Shown here: positions 1-9,297 of the stretch, piece by piece
Numbering within the stretch: the first letter of the stretch is position 1
Layout: each line of letters starts with the position of its first letter
Assembly (NCBI GenBank): GCA_015485355.1
Contig: WFTQ01000089.1
Span: 54,264 to 118,263, forward strand
Direction of reading: 5' to 3'
DNA from: a bacterium
Lineage (GTDB): Bacteria; Calditrichota; Calditrichia; RBG-13-44-9; J042
DNA: 64,000 bases
The notes under the pieces: generated by a model
What the model saw: the letters and a program-made list of their open reading frames with translations, nothing else
Databases searched by the model: none
Told to the model about the DNA's origin: nothing
Position numbers and translations under genes: made by a program

Positions 1-913
1 AGGCCGAAAGAAAAGTGAGGTAAAGAAACATCTTGCTGTAGTAGCGCGTGTCTCCTTTTTTCCGGTAGAATCGGTATCCCAGGGGTAAAAAGCTCATCAC
101 GAACGGTTGAATCAGCAAGATATTGACCACGTTACCGATCTTGTAGCCGGTGCTGTACACACCGACCTGGTGATAACTGGTTAAAAGTTTCAGCAGGTAG
201 CGATCGCCCATATTTAAGAACATCCAGGCCATGCCTCCTATCACCAGAGGGGCTCCAAATCGGATGGTTTGCTTCAGGATGCGCACATCCCAGCGGCGGC
301 TCCACTCACGCCGCAATGCCAGTATCAGGCCCCCAAACAATACCAGTTCTCCGCAAACGGCGGCCAACAGAATACCCTCGATTTTCATCTGGAAATACAG
401 CAGGAAGATCAGATTGGCCGATAATAGCACCCCGAACTTGGCGATATTCAAGCTGGAATAAAGCACCGGTTGTTCTTTGGCCCGTAATACCCCCAAAAAA
501 TAGTTGTTTAACATTCGGAAAAAGACGATCACAAACAACAGCCGAAAATAGAGGCGGAAAGCATCGGGTTGAGAAAAATATCGGGCCACAACGGGGGAAA
601 GCATTTCGCCCACGGTCCACACACATGCGGCAACCACAAAAACAAAAAGGGATTGGGTGGTGAACAGGGCGCGTCGATCGACCTCGATTTCTTTTGCATG
701 ATAAAAGCGGATAAAGGCCTGGCTCTGGCCCAGGAGCAGCAGCTGGCCCAGAATCATGATGGTGATTTCCAGGATGCCCCAGATGCCGTACTCCGCGGGA
801 ACCAGTTTCTGGGTATACAGGGGCAGGAGAAGAAACCCCACCAGCTTTGTCGCCAGGGTCGAAAGGCTGTATATCGCTCCGTGCCGGAACGTGCGCTTAA
901 CCCGATCGAGCAT
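1..913 (-). CDS. Wzx-like oligosaccharide/polysaccharide flippase (MOP superfamily), partial: N-terminal ~304 aa, C-terminus lies off the window
   Basis: Manual minus-strand translation from ATG at 913..911: MLDRVKRTFRHGAIYSLSTLATKLVGFLLLPLYTQKLVPAEYGIWGILEITIMILGQ...IRFGAPLVIGGMAWMFLNMGDRYLLKLLTSYHQVGVYSTGYKIGNVV. This is a typical Wzx N-terminus and the conserved DRY/GxYS region. The frame stays open to position 1, so the ORF track does not list it. Confidence 0.6.
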   Translation of the reverse strand, partial: MLDRVKRTFRHGAIYSLSTLATKLVGFLLLPLYTQKLVPAEYGIWGILEITIMILGQLLLLGQSQAFIRFYHAKEIEVDRRALFTTQSLFVFVVAACVWTVGEMLSPVVARYFSQPDAFRLYFRLLFVIVFFRMLNNYFLGVLRAKEQPVLYSSLNIAKFGVLLSANLIFLLYFQMKIEGILLAAVCGELVLFGGLILALRREWSRRWDVRILKQTIRFGAPLVIGGMAWMFLNMGDRYLLKLLTSYHQVGVYSTGYKIGNVVNILLIQPFVMSFLPLGYRFYRKKGDTRYYSKMFLYLTFLSA

Positions 914-1874
914 GGTGGAATAGGTCCAGTCTTAAAATGAGTTTCCTGTAAAAAATCAATGCGTTTTTACGCAATTTTATCACCAACAACCCCATTAACA
1001 ACTGCAACACACGAAGGACCAGGCTAAAGGATATGCGAGTCGGTTCGACCGTGTATCCCCATCTCAGAAGAGGCCTTTTCAAGGCGATGTTCAAAATATC
1101 TTTATCCACATCCGAAAAGCAATGTTTCCACCGCCCGATTTTTCCTGTATCCAGGCTATGGTGGACATTGCTCTTCCAGTCTCTTTCCCAATCTAAATAT
1201 ACAGAAGACGTCTCAGCACCCGGAACCAAAATCGAACGCACGTCAATCGTAGAAACTTCCAGGAAATCCATCAATGCGTTCAACGTTGCCTCCGGTTCGC
1301 GGAGTAAGGGTTCGAATTTTACCTGATAGAAAACGTCCCTTCCCCATTCTTGCTGAAGACGCCGGCTTTCTTTTACAACTCTCATCCATCTATGGCAATT
1401 TTCTAAAATATTTTTAATGGTCCAGGGGACTTCCATCAAAGAGCATACCACGTCCCTTCCATCTCTCACAATATGGACAATCTTGGCGTCGGGATAGAAC
1501 TCCAGTATTTGATCAACATGAAAGATATGAGACGGGGTCTTTTCGCACAGCCGGGTCTTTCCCTCTTTCTGCAAAAACAGCGAGCCGATGACATTCAGCA
1601 CATCGATTTCTCTCCGGGGGGTTTTAGAAAAAATGTCGTAAAATTCTGCTTCGGTAAAACCCCCGGCACGAAAACAATCCTGTATTCTTGGGTGAGACAA
1701 AACGGACTGTAAATTGTTTCTACGGAAATAATAAGGCAGAATTTCGCTAAAAAAGTGCGTTTCGGGTGTCGAAACGATCTCCGGATGCCTGTTAAGCAGA
1801 CTGGCCAAAAGGGTTGTCCCGGATCGCTCGCACCCCACAATGAAAATGGGGCTTTTCAATTCCCATGATCCCAT
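897..1874 (-). CDS. PAPS-dependent sulfotransferase family protein
   Basis: N-terminal 5'-phosphosulfate-binding loop GCERSGTTLL. Length and overall pattern fit the sulfotransferase fold. Its stop overlaps the flippase start by 17 nt. Confidence 0.65.
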   Translation of the reverse strand: MGSWELKSPIFIVGCERSGTTLLASLLNRHPEIVSTPETHFFSEILPYYFRRNNLQSVLSHPRIQDCFRAGGFTEAEFYDIFSKTPRREIDVLNVIGSLFLQKEGKTRLCEKTPSHIFHVDQILEFYPDAKIVHIVRDGRDVVCSLMEVPWTIKNILENCHRWMRVVKESRRLQQEWGRDVFYQVKFEPLLREPEATLNALMDFLEVSTIDVRSILVPGAETSSVYLDWERDWKSNVHHSLDTGKIGRWKHCFSDVDKDILNIALKRPLLRWGYTVEPTRISFSLVLRVLQLLMGLLVIKLRKNALIFYRKLILRLDLFHHARSG

Positions 1875-1956
1875 AAATAGTGAAATAAATTTTCAAACCC
1901 TTAGAGTTTTATTAAATTCCACCAATGGAAATTAGTTTATCGAATATGAGAGTTGA

Positions 1957-2985
1957 ATGAAAGAGAAAAAGAAATTCAGAGGCCTCTTCATCTATACGGT
2001 CGATTCCAGCTTTGTGAAGAACGATTTCAAGATATTACACTCTTCCTTTTCCATAACCCCCTTTCAATTCCGACCGGACCGCTCGAAACTCAGAAACGTT
2101 GCGTCTCTCTTTGCATTCTTGGGGAAACACATATGGAAATCGCATTTTACTTACATATGGTTTGCCAGCACTCATGCGGTATTGCCGGTGCTTTTTTCCC
2201 GCCTTACCGGTAAGAAATCCTTTATCGTTTTGGGGGGATATGATGTGGCTCATTTACCGGAATTGCAATATGGTACATTCAGTAATAAATTTCGGACTTT
2301 CACCACACGAATGGCCACCTCGCTTGCCACTCACAACATCGCCGTATCCCAATTCGCTAAAAACAAGATCACCCAAAGATTTCCCTTTCTCAAAAAAAAC
2401 ACGACCGTTATTTACAATTGCATCGACCCGGAGATGTACGAACAATCCGGCCAAAAGCAAAAAGAAGACATTGTCTTAACCGTGGCGCTGGTGGACAGCG
2501 AACAGAGGCTGCGATTAAAAGGCATCGACTCCCTGTTGAAAGTGGCGTCTTCACTGCCTCACATTCAATTCATCGTGGTGGGCGTAGCCCCCGCCATTTC
2601 TCGAAAACTAAAGCCTGTGCCGCGTAACATGCAGCTAATCGAACCCTTGCCCTACTCTAAGCTCCTTGATTTCTACCGGCGATCGAAGGTCTATTGTCTG
2701 CTCTCGTTAACGGAATCGTTCGGCATGTCCGTTATCGAAGCCATGGTTAATTTATGTGTACCGGTTGTATCCAATGCGGGAGCCCTTCCGGAGCTTGTGG
2801 GGGACAAGGGATTCCTGGTCGACCCGGCCGATTTAGATGAAATAAGCCGGTCTATTGTTCAAGCATTCCATCGATATGATCAAATCGTCTCGGGTTGGGA
2901 AACGCACAGATTGTTTACGGCTTTTTCCTGTGACCGACGTCGAAAACAGCTCGTCCATTTGATTACAACGAAAACACGGAGGTAA
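1957..2985 (+). CDS. Glycosyltransferase family 4 (GT-B, group 1)
   Basis: C-terminal E-x7-E motif ESFGMSVIEAM, followed by VPVVSNAGALPELV, typical of GT1/GT4 retaining transferases. Confidence 0.7.
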   Translation: MKEKKKFRGLFIYTVDSSFVKNDFKILHSSFSITPFQFRPDRSKLRNVASLFAFLGKHIWKSHFTYIWFASTHAVLPVLFSRLTGKKSFIVLGGYDVAHLPELQYGTFSNKFRTFTTRMATSLATHNIAVSQFAKNKITQRFPFLKKNTTVIYNCIDPEMYEQSGQKQKEDIVLTVALVDSEQRLRLKGIDSLLKVASSLPHIQFIVVGVAPAISRKLKPVPRNMQLIEPLPYSKLLDFYRRSKVYCLLSLTESFGMSVIEAMVNLCVPVVSNAGALPELVGDKGFLVDPADLDEISRSIVQAFHRYDQIVSGWETHRLFTAFSCDRRRKQLVHLITTKTRR

Positions 2986-2986
2986 C

Positions 2987-3931
2987 ATGGGGCAAGAAAA
3001 AGGCCTTTCACTATCCGTTATTATCGCCACAAAAGATCGGTTTGAAGATCTGGCCAGATGTTTGAGGAGTTTAACAAACCAATCCGAACCCCCCGAAACG
3101 GTCATCATCGTCGACGCCAGCAAAAAAGAGGGATTAGAAAAAATCGCTAAACACATCATCGGGGAATCCTGTTCCATTAACCTTATATACGAGAAATCTC
3201 AACCCGGTTTGACGTATCAACGCAACAAGGGCCTGTCTCTATCCAGAGATGACCTTGTTCTATTCCTGGATGATGATGTCATTTTAGACGAACACTATAT
3301 CCGTGAACTCAAGAAAATTTTTCGGGAAGACATCGAAGGTAAGATCGGTGGCGCAACGGGGAAACTGATGAACATGTTCCACTTTCATCCGTTTTCCATC
3401 CTGATACGGAAAATGTTCTTTCTAAGTGAGCCCGGAAGGGGAGAGGTCAAAAAATCCGGTGCTCATAACTTAATTTCGGACCAATTGTCCCGGTTAACGG
3501 AAGTCGAATGGTTGCCTGGTTTTAATCAAGCGTATAGGAAAGAGGTCTTCCGGTTCGAAACATTCGATGAAAACATGTATGGCTACAGCTACCTGGAAGA
3601 TTTAGACTTTTCCTATCGGGTGGGGAAAAGGTATAAACTCGTCTATACTCCAAACGCGAGAATAATCCACTACTACAAAGATTCTCCCCAAACGCGTTTA
3701 AAATGGTACGAAAAACAAAAGATGTATATGGTTAATTATTATTACTTGTTTAAAAAACTTCTTCCTCAACGCCTGGACTATCAATTTTGCCATTATTGGT
3801 CCTATTTGGGTCAAATAATAAGAAGCCTTGTCTTACTCCGCAATTTAGGTGCTCTCATGGGCACCCTTCATGGAATATGGATTAACATCAGTGGTAAAAA
3901 TCCCTTGCTAAAAAAACTTGAATGCAAGTAA
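2987..3931 (+). CDS. Glycosyltransferase family 2 (GT-A)
   Basis: LSVIIATKDRFEDLARCL start and DxD-like FLDDDVIL motif. Translationally coupled to the upstream GT4 gene, with a 1-nt gap. Confidence 0.7.
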   Translation: MGQEKGLSLSVIIATKDRFEDLARCLRSLTNQSEPPETVIIVDASKKEGLEKIAKHIIGESCSINLIYEKSQPGLTYQRNKGLSLSRDDLVLFLDDDVILDEHYIRELKKIFREDIEGKIGGATGKLMNMFHFHPFSILIRKMFFLSEPGRGEVKKSGAHNLISDQLSRLTEVEWLPGFNQAYRKEVFRFETFDENMYGYSYLEDLDFSYRVGKRYKLVYTPNARIIHYYKDSPQTRLKWYEKQKMYMVNYYYLFKKLLPQRLDYQFCHYWSYLGQIIRSLVLLRNLGALMGTLHGIWINISGKNPLLKKLECK

Positions 3932-4002
3932 TTTCCCAAGAATTCGCCCTCTGTATTCATGAGTTCAACGGTGGACACCATCGTTTGGATTGATCCGACG
4001 GA

Positions 4003-4065
4003 TGAATGACGTCTTGCGCATTGTGAATGACGTCTTGCGCATTGAACTCTACGGGTAAGTACCGG
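4003..4065. repeat. Perfect tandem repeat, three copies of a 21-bp unit TGAATGACGTCTTGCGCATTG
   Basis: Read directly: the unit recurs at 4003..4023, 4024..4044 and 4045..4065 with no mismatches. It lies in the 150-bp gap between the convergent GT2 and sulfotransferase genes. Confidence 0.6.
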
Positions 4066-4082
4066 AAATGCCTTTTACCGGT

Positions 4083-4877
4083 TCACAGCCGATAACGGTC
4101 CAGGTTGAGGGAAGGACGGATTGCTCGGCTCAGGTCTTCGAAGGAGTACCCCAATGCTCGAGCAGCGTGTTCATACCGGTGCTTGATCCATTTCCGGTAC
4201 CAGGCGCTTAGCTCTTTCCATTGTTCGAGGTAGCCCGTATTGGCGTTCCTCACTTCGGTTTCCGGGTGGAAAGGGTCTACCTCGATCCACTGAAAAATCC
4301 GGAGAAAATGGTCTTTGGGGTTCAGGACAAAATCTTCGTAATAAATGATCCGGCAATGCACCAGGTGAGGCAGGTCCTCCATCAATAACCGATGGGCATG
4401 GAGCCAGTGACGAATCAGATAGATAAGGGGCCGTCTTTTGGCCCATTTCCGGGTTGCCATGGCCACCACGGCGGGATGACGCAAGATGACCAGAAAATAA
4501 CTTTCCGGGAAAAGGGCCTGTAAAAACCGCATCTGCACCAGATTCTTGGGGGATTTTTCCACCAGAACCGGTTTGGAAAAATCCCAGTAGTTACCCCATT
4601 CCCGAATCAATCGATCGCGATTCTCAGCCGTTACCAGGGCCGAGGTTTCCGTCAAGTGGGCCCGGCGATGGAAGGCAAAGCGGCCCGGCCCGCCCAGCTG
4701 CCGGGCCGTGGGAAAGACCGTTTGCAAATGCTGCCCCTCGTCTTCGGGCACACCGGTATTGTAAAAGCCGCTGATTTGAGGGTGTTGCCGGATACCCCGG
4801 TGCAAGATAGAGGTTCCACTCCGATGCAGACCGGCAATGAAAAGAATTCGCTGCTTTACTCCCCCGGAACCCATCAT
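4083..4877 (-). CDS. Sulfotransferase family protein (second copy)
   Basis: PSB-loop-like IAGLHRSGTSILHR near the N-terminus. Size is about 260 aa. Confidence 0.55.
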   Translation of the reverse strand: MMGSGGVKQRILFIAGLHRSGTSILHRGIRQHPQISGFYNTGVPEDEGQHLQTVFPTARQLGGPGRFAFHRRAHLTETSALVTAENRDRLIREWGNYWDFSKPVLVEKSPKNLVQMRFLQALFPESYFLVILRHPAVVAMATRKWAKRRPLIYLIRHWLHAHRLLMEDLPHLVHCRIIYYEDFVLNPKDHFLRIFQWIEVDPFHPETEVRNANTGYLEQWKELSAWYRKWIKHRYEHAARALGYSFEDLSRAIRPSLNLDRYRL

Positions 4878-4983
4878 CCTATCGTTTTACCGAATCGCCC
4901 CATTTCATCCGCGGGCCAATCATAAAGTCTTACATACTCCAGCCCAATCCATAGGCCCTGGGACGACCCGATTCCTTTGCCGT

Positions 4984-7152
4984 TCATATTTTCATGCTCA
5001 GTTGAATTCTTCCCCGCTCCAGATCGACACTTATCACCTTGACCGTCACGGTGTCCCCCACCGCAACCACCTGATGGGGATCTCTCACATATTTCTCGGC
5101 CATCTGACTCACATGGACCAGGCCATCCCTTTTCACACCGATGTCTACAAACGCCCCAAAATCCACGACGTTTCGCACGGTCCCTTTCAGTACCATCCCT
5201 TCCCGCAAGTCCTCCATTTTCAGGACGTCACTCCGGAAAACGGGTGGGGGCATATCCTCCCTGGGATCCCGTCCCGGCTTTTCCAGATCGGTCAGGATGT
5301 CTTCCAAGGTGGGTATTCCCACCCCAACCTCCCGGGCCAGCGTTTCCAGCGGAATGGCCTCCTCCCGGATCCGCCGCCGCAACCGCCGCCATGCCGATTG
5401 ATCCTCCTCTATGCCAAACCGTTGCAACAGCTTCCGGGTGGCCTCGTACGACTCCGGATGGATACTGGTATTATCCAGAGGATTGTCTCCATCGGGAATA
5501 CGTAAAAACCCGGCCGCCTGCTGAAAGGCGATGGCGCCAACCCCGGGCACCTCCTTGAGTTGTTCCCGATTGCGAAACTTGCCCTGGGCGTCCCGATACT
5601 TCACAATGTTTTCCGCCGTCCGCGCCGTAAGTCCCGAAACATATCTTAATAAACTGGCCGAGGCTGTATTCATATCCACTCCCACCCGATTCACCGCGCT
5701 TTCCACCACAGCGTGTAAGGCCTCTCCCAGCCGTTTTTGATTCACATCGTGCTGGTACAGGCCGACACCAATATGTTTGGGATCGATCTTCACCAGTTCG
5801 GCCAGAGGATCCATCAATCGGCGGGCAATGGAGATGTTCCCCCGCATGCTGGCATCCAGATCGGGGAACTCTTGCTTGGCTACAGGGGAAGCCGAATACA
5901 CCGACGCCCCTGCTTCGTTCACGATGGTGTAAACCAGTTCCCGGCCACCGCCGTCCTTTATCTCTTGGATCAGCTCCGCCACCAGCCTTTCGGTTTCTCT
6001 GGAAGCGGTGCCATTGCCGATCGCAATGATATCGACGCCGTGCCGATCTATCAATCGCCGGAGAGTCGTTTTGGCCTCGAAAACCTGATTGTGCGGCGGA
6101 TGGGGATAGATGGTGCCGCCCTCCAGGTATTTTCCTGTCTCGTCGATGACCGCAACCTTGCAACCGGTGCGATAACCCGGATCGATGCCCAGGATGATTT
6201 TATTGCGTACCGGTGGCTGGAGGAGCAAATGCCACAAATTGCGGGCAAACACTGTAATCGCATGTTCATCGGCCCGCTCGGTTAATTCACCCCGCACCTC
6301 CCGTTCAATAGCCGGAAAAATCAAACGCTTATAACTATCCCGGATGGCTTCCTTCAGGTAAGAATGAAAAATGCATTTGCTGTTTTTTATATATCGCTCT
6401 TCAATGGCCTGAATAGCAACGCTCTCTTCGATTTCCAGGGACACCCGAAGCAATTTTTCGCGTTCACCTCGATTTATGGCCAGTATCCGATGGGGGGCCA
6501 CCCGTTTTACCGGCTCAGAATAATCGTAGTACAGTTCGTAATCGCTGCGCAGGGAGGGGTTTCGGGCCTCGCTCCGAAGAACGCCGCGTTGCCAGACCAG
6601 AGTCCGAATGCGCTTGCGCACCTCGGCATCATCGGAAACCCTTTCGGCAACAATATCCCGCGCACCGGCCAATGCCGCTTCGGTATCGGGAACGTCCTTT
6701 TCCGGGTCCACAAAAGGGCGGGCATACTCGTGGGCATCCCCCTCTTCCAAATCTTGCTTCAGCATCCGTTCCGCCAGGGGTTCTAATCCTCGCTGCCGAG
6801 CTATCGCCGCCCGGGTATGTTTCTTGGGCCGATAGGGCAAGTAGAGGTCTTCCAGCTCCTGCAATTTTACCGTGGACGCTATCCGGGCCCTTAACTCCGG
6901 AGTAAGCTTACCCTGGGCTTCAATGGACTGTAAGATCGTGACCTTCCGGGCTTCCAGCATGCGCAAATATTTTATGCGCTCCTGGATGGCGCGGATCTGA
7001 TCCTCATCCAACTTGCCCGTTACTTCCTTGCGGTAACGGGCAATAAACGGAACCGTATTCCCACTCTCCAACAGCTCTACGGTATTGGCCACCTGAATGG
7101 CGCGTAAACCCAGTTCTTGCGCGATCCGCTGATAAAAATCGCTCTCTTTCAT
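4984..7152 (-). CDS. tex: Transcription accessory protein Tex (YqgF/RuvC-like, HhH and C-terminal S1 domains)
   Basis: 722 aa. C-terminal S1 domain GMVLKGTVRNVVDFGAFVDIGVKRDGLVHVSQMAE...VKVISVDLERGRIQLSMK. N-terminal YRKEVTGKLDEDQIR Tex signature. Confidence 0.85.
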   Translation of the reverse strand: MKESDFYQRIAQELGLRAIQVANTVELLESGNTVPFIARYRKEVTGKLDEDQIRAIQERIKYLRMLEARKVTILQSIEAQGKLTPELRARIASTVKLQELEDLYLPYRPKKHTRAAIARQRGLEPLAERMLKQDLEEGDAHEYARPFVDPEKDVPDTEAALAGARDIVAERVSDDAEVRKRIRTLVWQRGVLRSEARNPSLRSDYELYYDYSEPVKRVAPHRILAINRGEREKLLRVSLEIEESVAIQAIEERYIKNSKCIFHSYLKEAIRDSYKRLIFPAIEREVRGELTERADEHAITVFARNLWHLLLQPPVRNKIILGIDPGYRTGCKVAVIDETGKYLEGGTIYPHPPHNQVFEAKTTLRRLIDRHGVDIIAIGNGTASRETERLVAELIQEIKDGGGRELVYTIVNEAGASVYSASPVAKQEFPDLDASMRGNISIARRLMDPLAELVKIDPKHIGVGLYQHDVNQKRLGEALHAVVESAVNRVGVDMNTASASLLRYVSGLTARTAENIVKYRDAQGKFRNREQLKEVPGVGAIAFQQAAGFLRIPDGDNPLDNTSIHPESYEATRKLLQRFGIEEDQSAWRRLRRRIREEAIPLETLAREVGVGIPTLEDILTDLEKPGRDPREDMPPPVFRSDVLKMEDLREGMVLKGTVRNVVDFGAFVDIGVKRDGLVHVSQMAEKYVRDPHQVVAVGDTVTVKVISVDLERGRIQLSMKI

Positions 7153-7272
7153 CGATCTCTTTCCTGTTGAAAACTCTTCATTTCTTCCTCAAAATTCATC
7201 GGTTTCCGCTCCCTTCCAGTACGAACAAACGACCGACGGCTCCAGGGAAGGCTCTTCGGGAACCCGAATGCG

Positions 7273-7458
7273 TTACTCCCCGGTGGGGGCGTAAAAACAT
7301 CGTTTGGGAGAAAACACTTTTCCCGCCTTTTTCAACTCGGCGATGATTTTAGAGACTTCTTTGCCATCCAATCCCGTCACCCGGGCCACATCTCCGGGAC
7401 GAACGGGTTTTCCTGCATCAATCATGGCCTTCAAAACCAGTTGCTTTTTGTCTTCCAT
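7273..7458 (-). CDS. Small (61 aa) winged-helix-like putative DNA-binding protein
   Basis: MEDKKQLVLKAMIDAGKPVRPGDVARVTGLDGKEVSKIIAELKKAGKV has a helix-turn-helix-like pattern. No family assigned. Confidence 0.35.
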   Translation of the reverse strand: MEDKKQLVLKAMIDAGKPVRPGDVARVTGLDGKEVSKIIAELKKAGKVFSPKRCFYAPTGE

Positions 7459-7604
7459 ACAAACCCTCCAGAATTTTTACCTGATATTGCCGAAATTTAA
7501 AAACAATCTTCCCAAGAATGTAAACTTTATTTTCATTTTACGGGAACCGTTGTTTTGCATCCTTTCCGTTGATATATTTTTTATTTATAAATCTCGGTTA
7601 CAGG

Positions 7605-8663
7605 ATGACGAACGGTCCCTTGTCACGGCCCGACGCCGGCACCCATCGGTTCTGCATTGCACCGATGATGGATTGCACCGATCGCCATTTCCGCTATTTT
7701 ATCCGGCGGATAACCCGTCACGCCCGTCTCTACACCGAAATGATCCCCACGGGAGCTCTTTTGTACGGCGATCGGCGGCGATTTTTAGATTTTTCACCCG
7801 AGGAACATCCTCTCGCCGTTCAGCTGGGGGGCGGCGATCCATACGAATTGGCCGAATGTGCCCGGTTGGCGACCGATTGGGGATATGATGAAATTAACTT
7901 GAATGTGGGATGTCCCAGCGATCGGGTGCAGAAGGCCCGCTTTGGCGCCTGCCTGATGGCCACACCCGATGTGGTCGCCCGCGCCGTGGAAGCCATGGGC
8001 AAAGTCACTTCCCTACCCATCACGGTAAAACATCGGCTGGGCATCGATACCCAAGGTTCCTACCAAGATCTGCGAAATTTTGTAAACATCGTTCGCCGGG
8101 CTGGTTGTCGACACTTTATCGTCCATGCCAGAATCGCCATCTTGAAGGGCCTGGGCCCGAAGCAAAACCGCTCCGTTCCCCCGCTGCGCTACGAAATGGT
8201 CTACCAATTAAAAAAGGATTTTCCCGATTGTACCATCGTCATTAACGGCGGCATCCGCAATCTCGATGCCGTACAACACCACCTTCGATTCGTGGATGGG
8301 GTTATGGTTGGTAGAGCCGCTTACGAGAATCCTTACTTTCTGTCCCTGGTGGATTCTGTCGTTTTCGGGGTCAACCAAACGCCTCCCAGCCGCAGGGAGA
8401 TCATCCAGGCAATGATACCCTATCTGGATCAATGTTTGCAGGAGGGTATTCACCCGCATCGCGTCGTCCGCCACATGTCAGGCCTTTTTGCCCATCAGCC
8501 CGGGGCCCGCCGTTGGAGACAATTGCTAAGCCAACAGGCGCCATCAACGAAACGGCGCGGGAACATCCTTCGAGAAGCCCTGGCACTGATTCCCGAAAAA
8601 GTATTGGATCAGCGGTCTTCGGCCCACTCCTTGAGTCTGGAAAACAAGGATCGCATCATCTAA
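7605..8663 (+). CDS. dusA: tRNA-dihydrouridine synthase A
   Basis: RFCIAPMMDCTDRHFRYFIRRIT matches the DusA N-terminal signature (E. coli: FSIAPMLDWTDRHCRYF). Start set at the internal ATG preceded by AGGA; the ORF track begins 36 nt upstream. Confidence 0.8.
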   Translation: MTNGPLSRPDAGTHRFCIAPMMDCTDRHFRYFIRRITRHARLYTEMIPTGALLYGDRRRFLDFSPEEHPLAVQLGGGDPYELAECARLATDWGYDEINLNVGCPSDRVQKARFGACLMATPDVVARAVEAMGKVTSLPITVKHRLGIDTQGSYQDLRNFVNIVRRAGCRHFIVHARIAILKGLGPKQNRSVPPLRYEMVYQLKKDFPDCTIVINGGIRNLDAVQHHLRFVDGVMVGRAAYENPYFLSLVDSVVFGVNQTPPSRREIIQAMIPYLDQCLQEGIHPHRVVRHMSGLFAHQPGARRWRQLLSQQAPSTKRRGNILREALALIPEKVLDQRSSAHSLSLENKDRII

Positions 8664-8890
8664 AGCGGTTTGTTGAAATCGTTTCACATCTTTGTTGAAA
8701 ATCTGTGCATCTGATTGAATGTGCCGTTGGAGTCCATAAACAAGTTTTACACAACCCCTCGTTTTTCACAATTTTTCCACAAGCCCTCTACAACCTCCTT
8801 ACACACCCTGAACGCTCTTCCCGGTTTAAAACGCCTCTTTGATCCCCTTTTAAACAGATTCCACAGCGCTAATAATGATGATGCTAAGTA

Positions 8891-9151
8891 TTATTTTTTT
8901 ATGGATGATTTAGATTTATCATCGGTAGATGGGTTTTTAGCATCTTTTGAAGCCGAGGTATCGCCATTCCGTTTGTAATCGGTGATGTAAAAGCCGGAAC
9001 CTTTGAAAATAAGCCCTGTACCGCCACTGATTTTTAATTCTGCAATATCACCACATGCGGGACAATCGACTTCACGGGAGAAATTGGAGATAGAAGCAAA
9101 TTTCTCGAAAACACTGTTACAACTGCGGCAACGGTATTCATAGATGGGCAT
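8891..9151 (-). CDS. FmdB-family zinc-ribbon protein
   Basis: MPIYEYRCRSCNSVFE...VDCPACG: two CxxC pairs in the FmdB/regulatory zinc-ribbon arrangement, with a Lys/Ser-rich tail. Confidence 0.6.
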   Translation of the reverse strand: MPIYEYRCRSCNSVFEKFASISNFSREVDCPACGDIAELKISGGTGLIFKGSGFYITDYKRNGDTSASKDAKNPSTDDKSKSSIKK

Positions 9152-9297
9152 AATCATCCCTCCTTGTTTGAAGCCTCCGAATTATTATCGGATGCAGAAA
9201 CATACCCAAAAGTTTCCGGTAAAATAAAATTCTTGGTTCGCGTTAAACCGTTTTTATCATGCCGTCACCTTTATCAACCGCCGTGTCTTTTTAATGA

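Noticed and set aside
4003-4065. Considered as a mini CRISPR array
   Set aside because: The repeats are directly abutting with no spacers, and no cas genes are nearby; it is a simple tandem repeat.
5141-6285. Several 80-230-aa ORFs on the + strand inside tex, and similar antisense ORFs inside metG, cheA, xdhB and other genes
   Set aside because: Low-complexity Arg/Pro/Gly-rich translations typical of the off-frame of GC-rich coding DNA. Each overlaps a well-supported conserved gene on the other strand.
8715-8978. 87-aa ORF between dusA and fmdB
   Set aside because: Overlaps the conserved FmdB zinc-ribbon gene on the opposite strand. Its composition reflects the CACA repeat array, not a protein.
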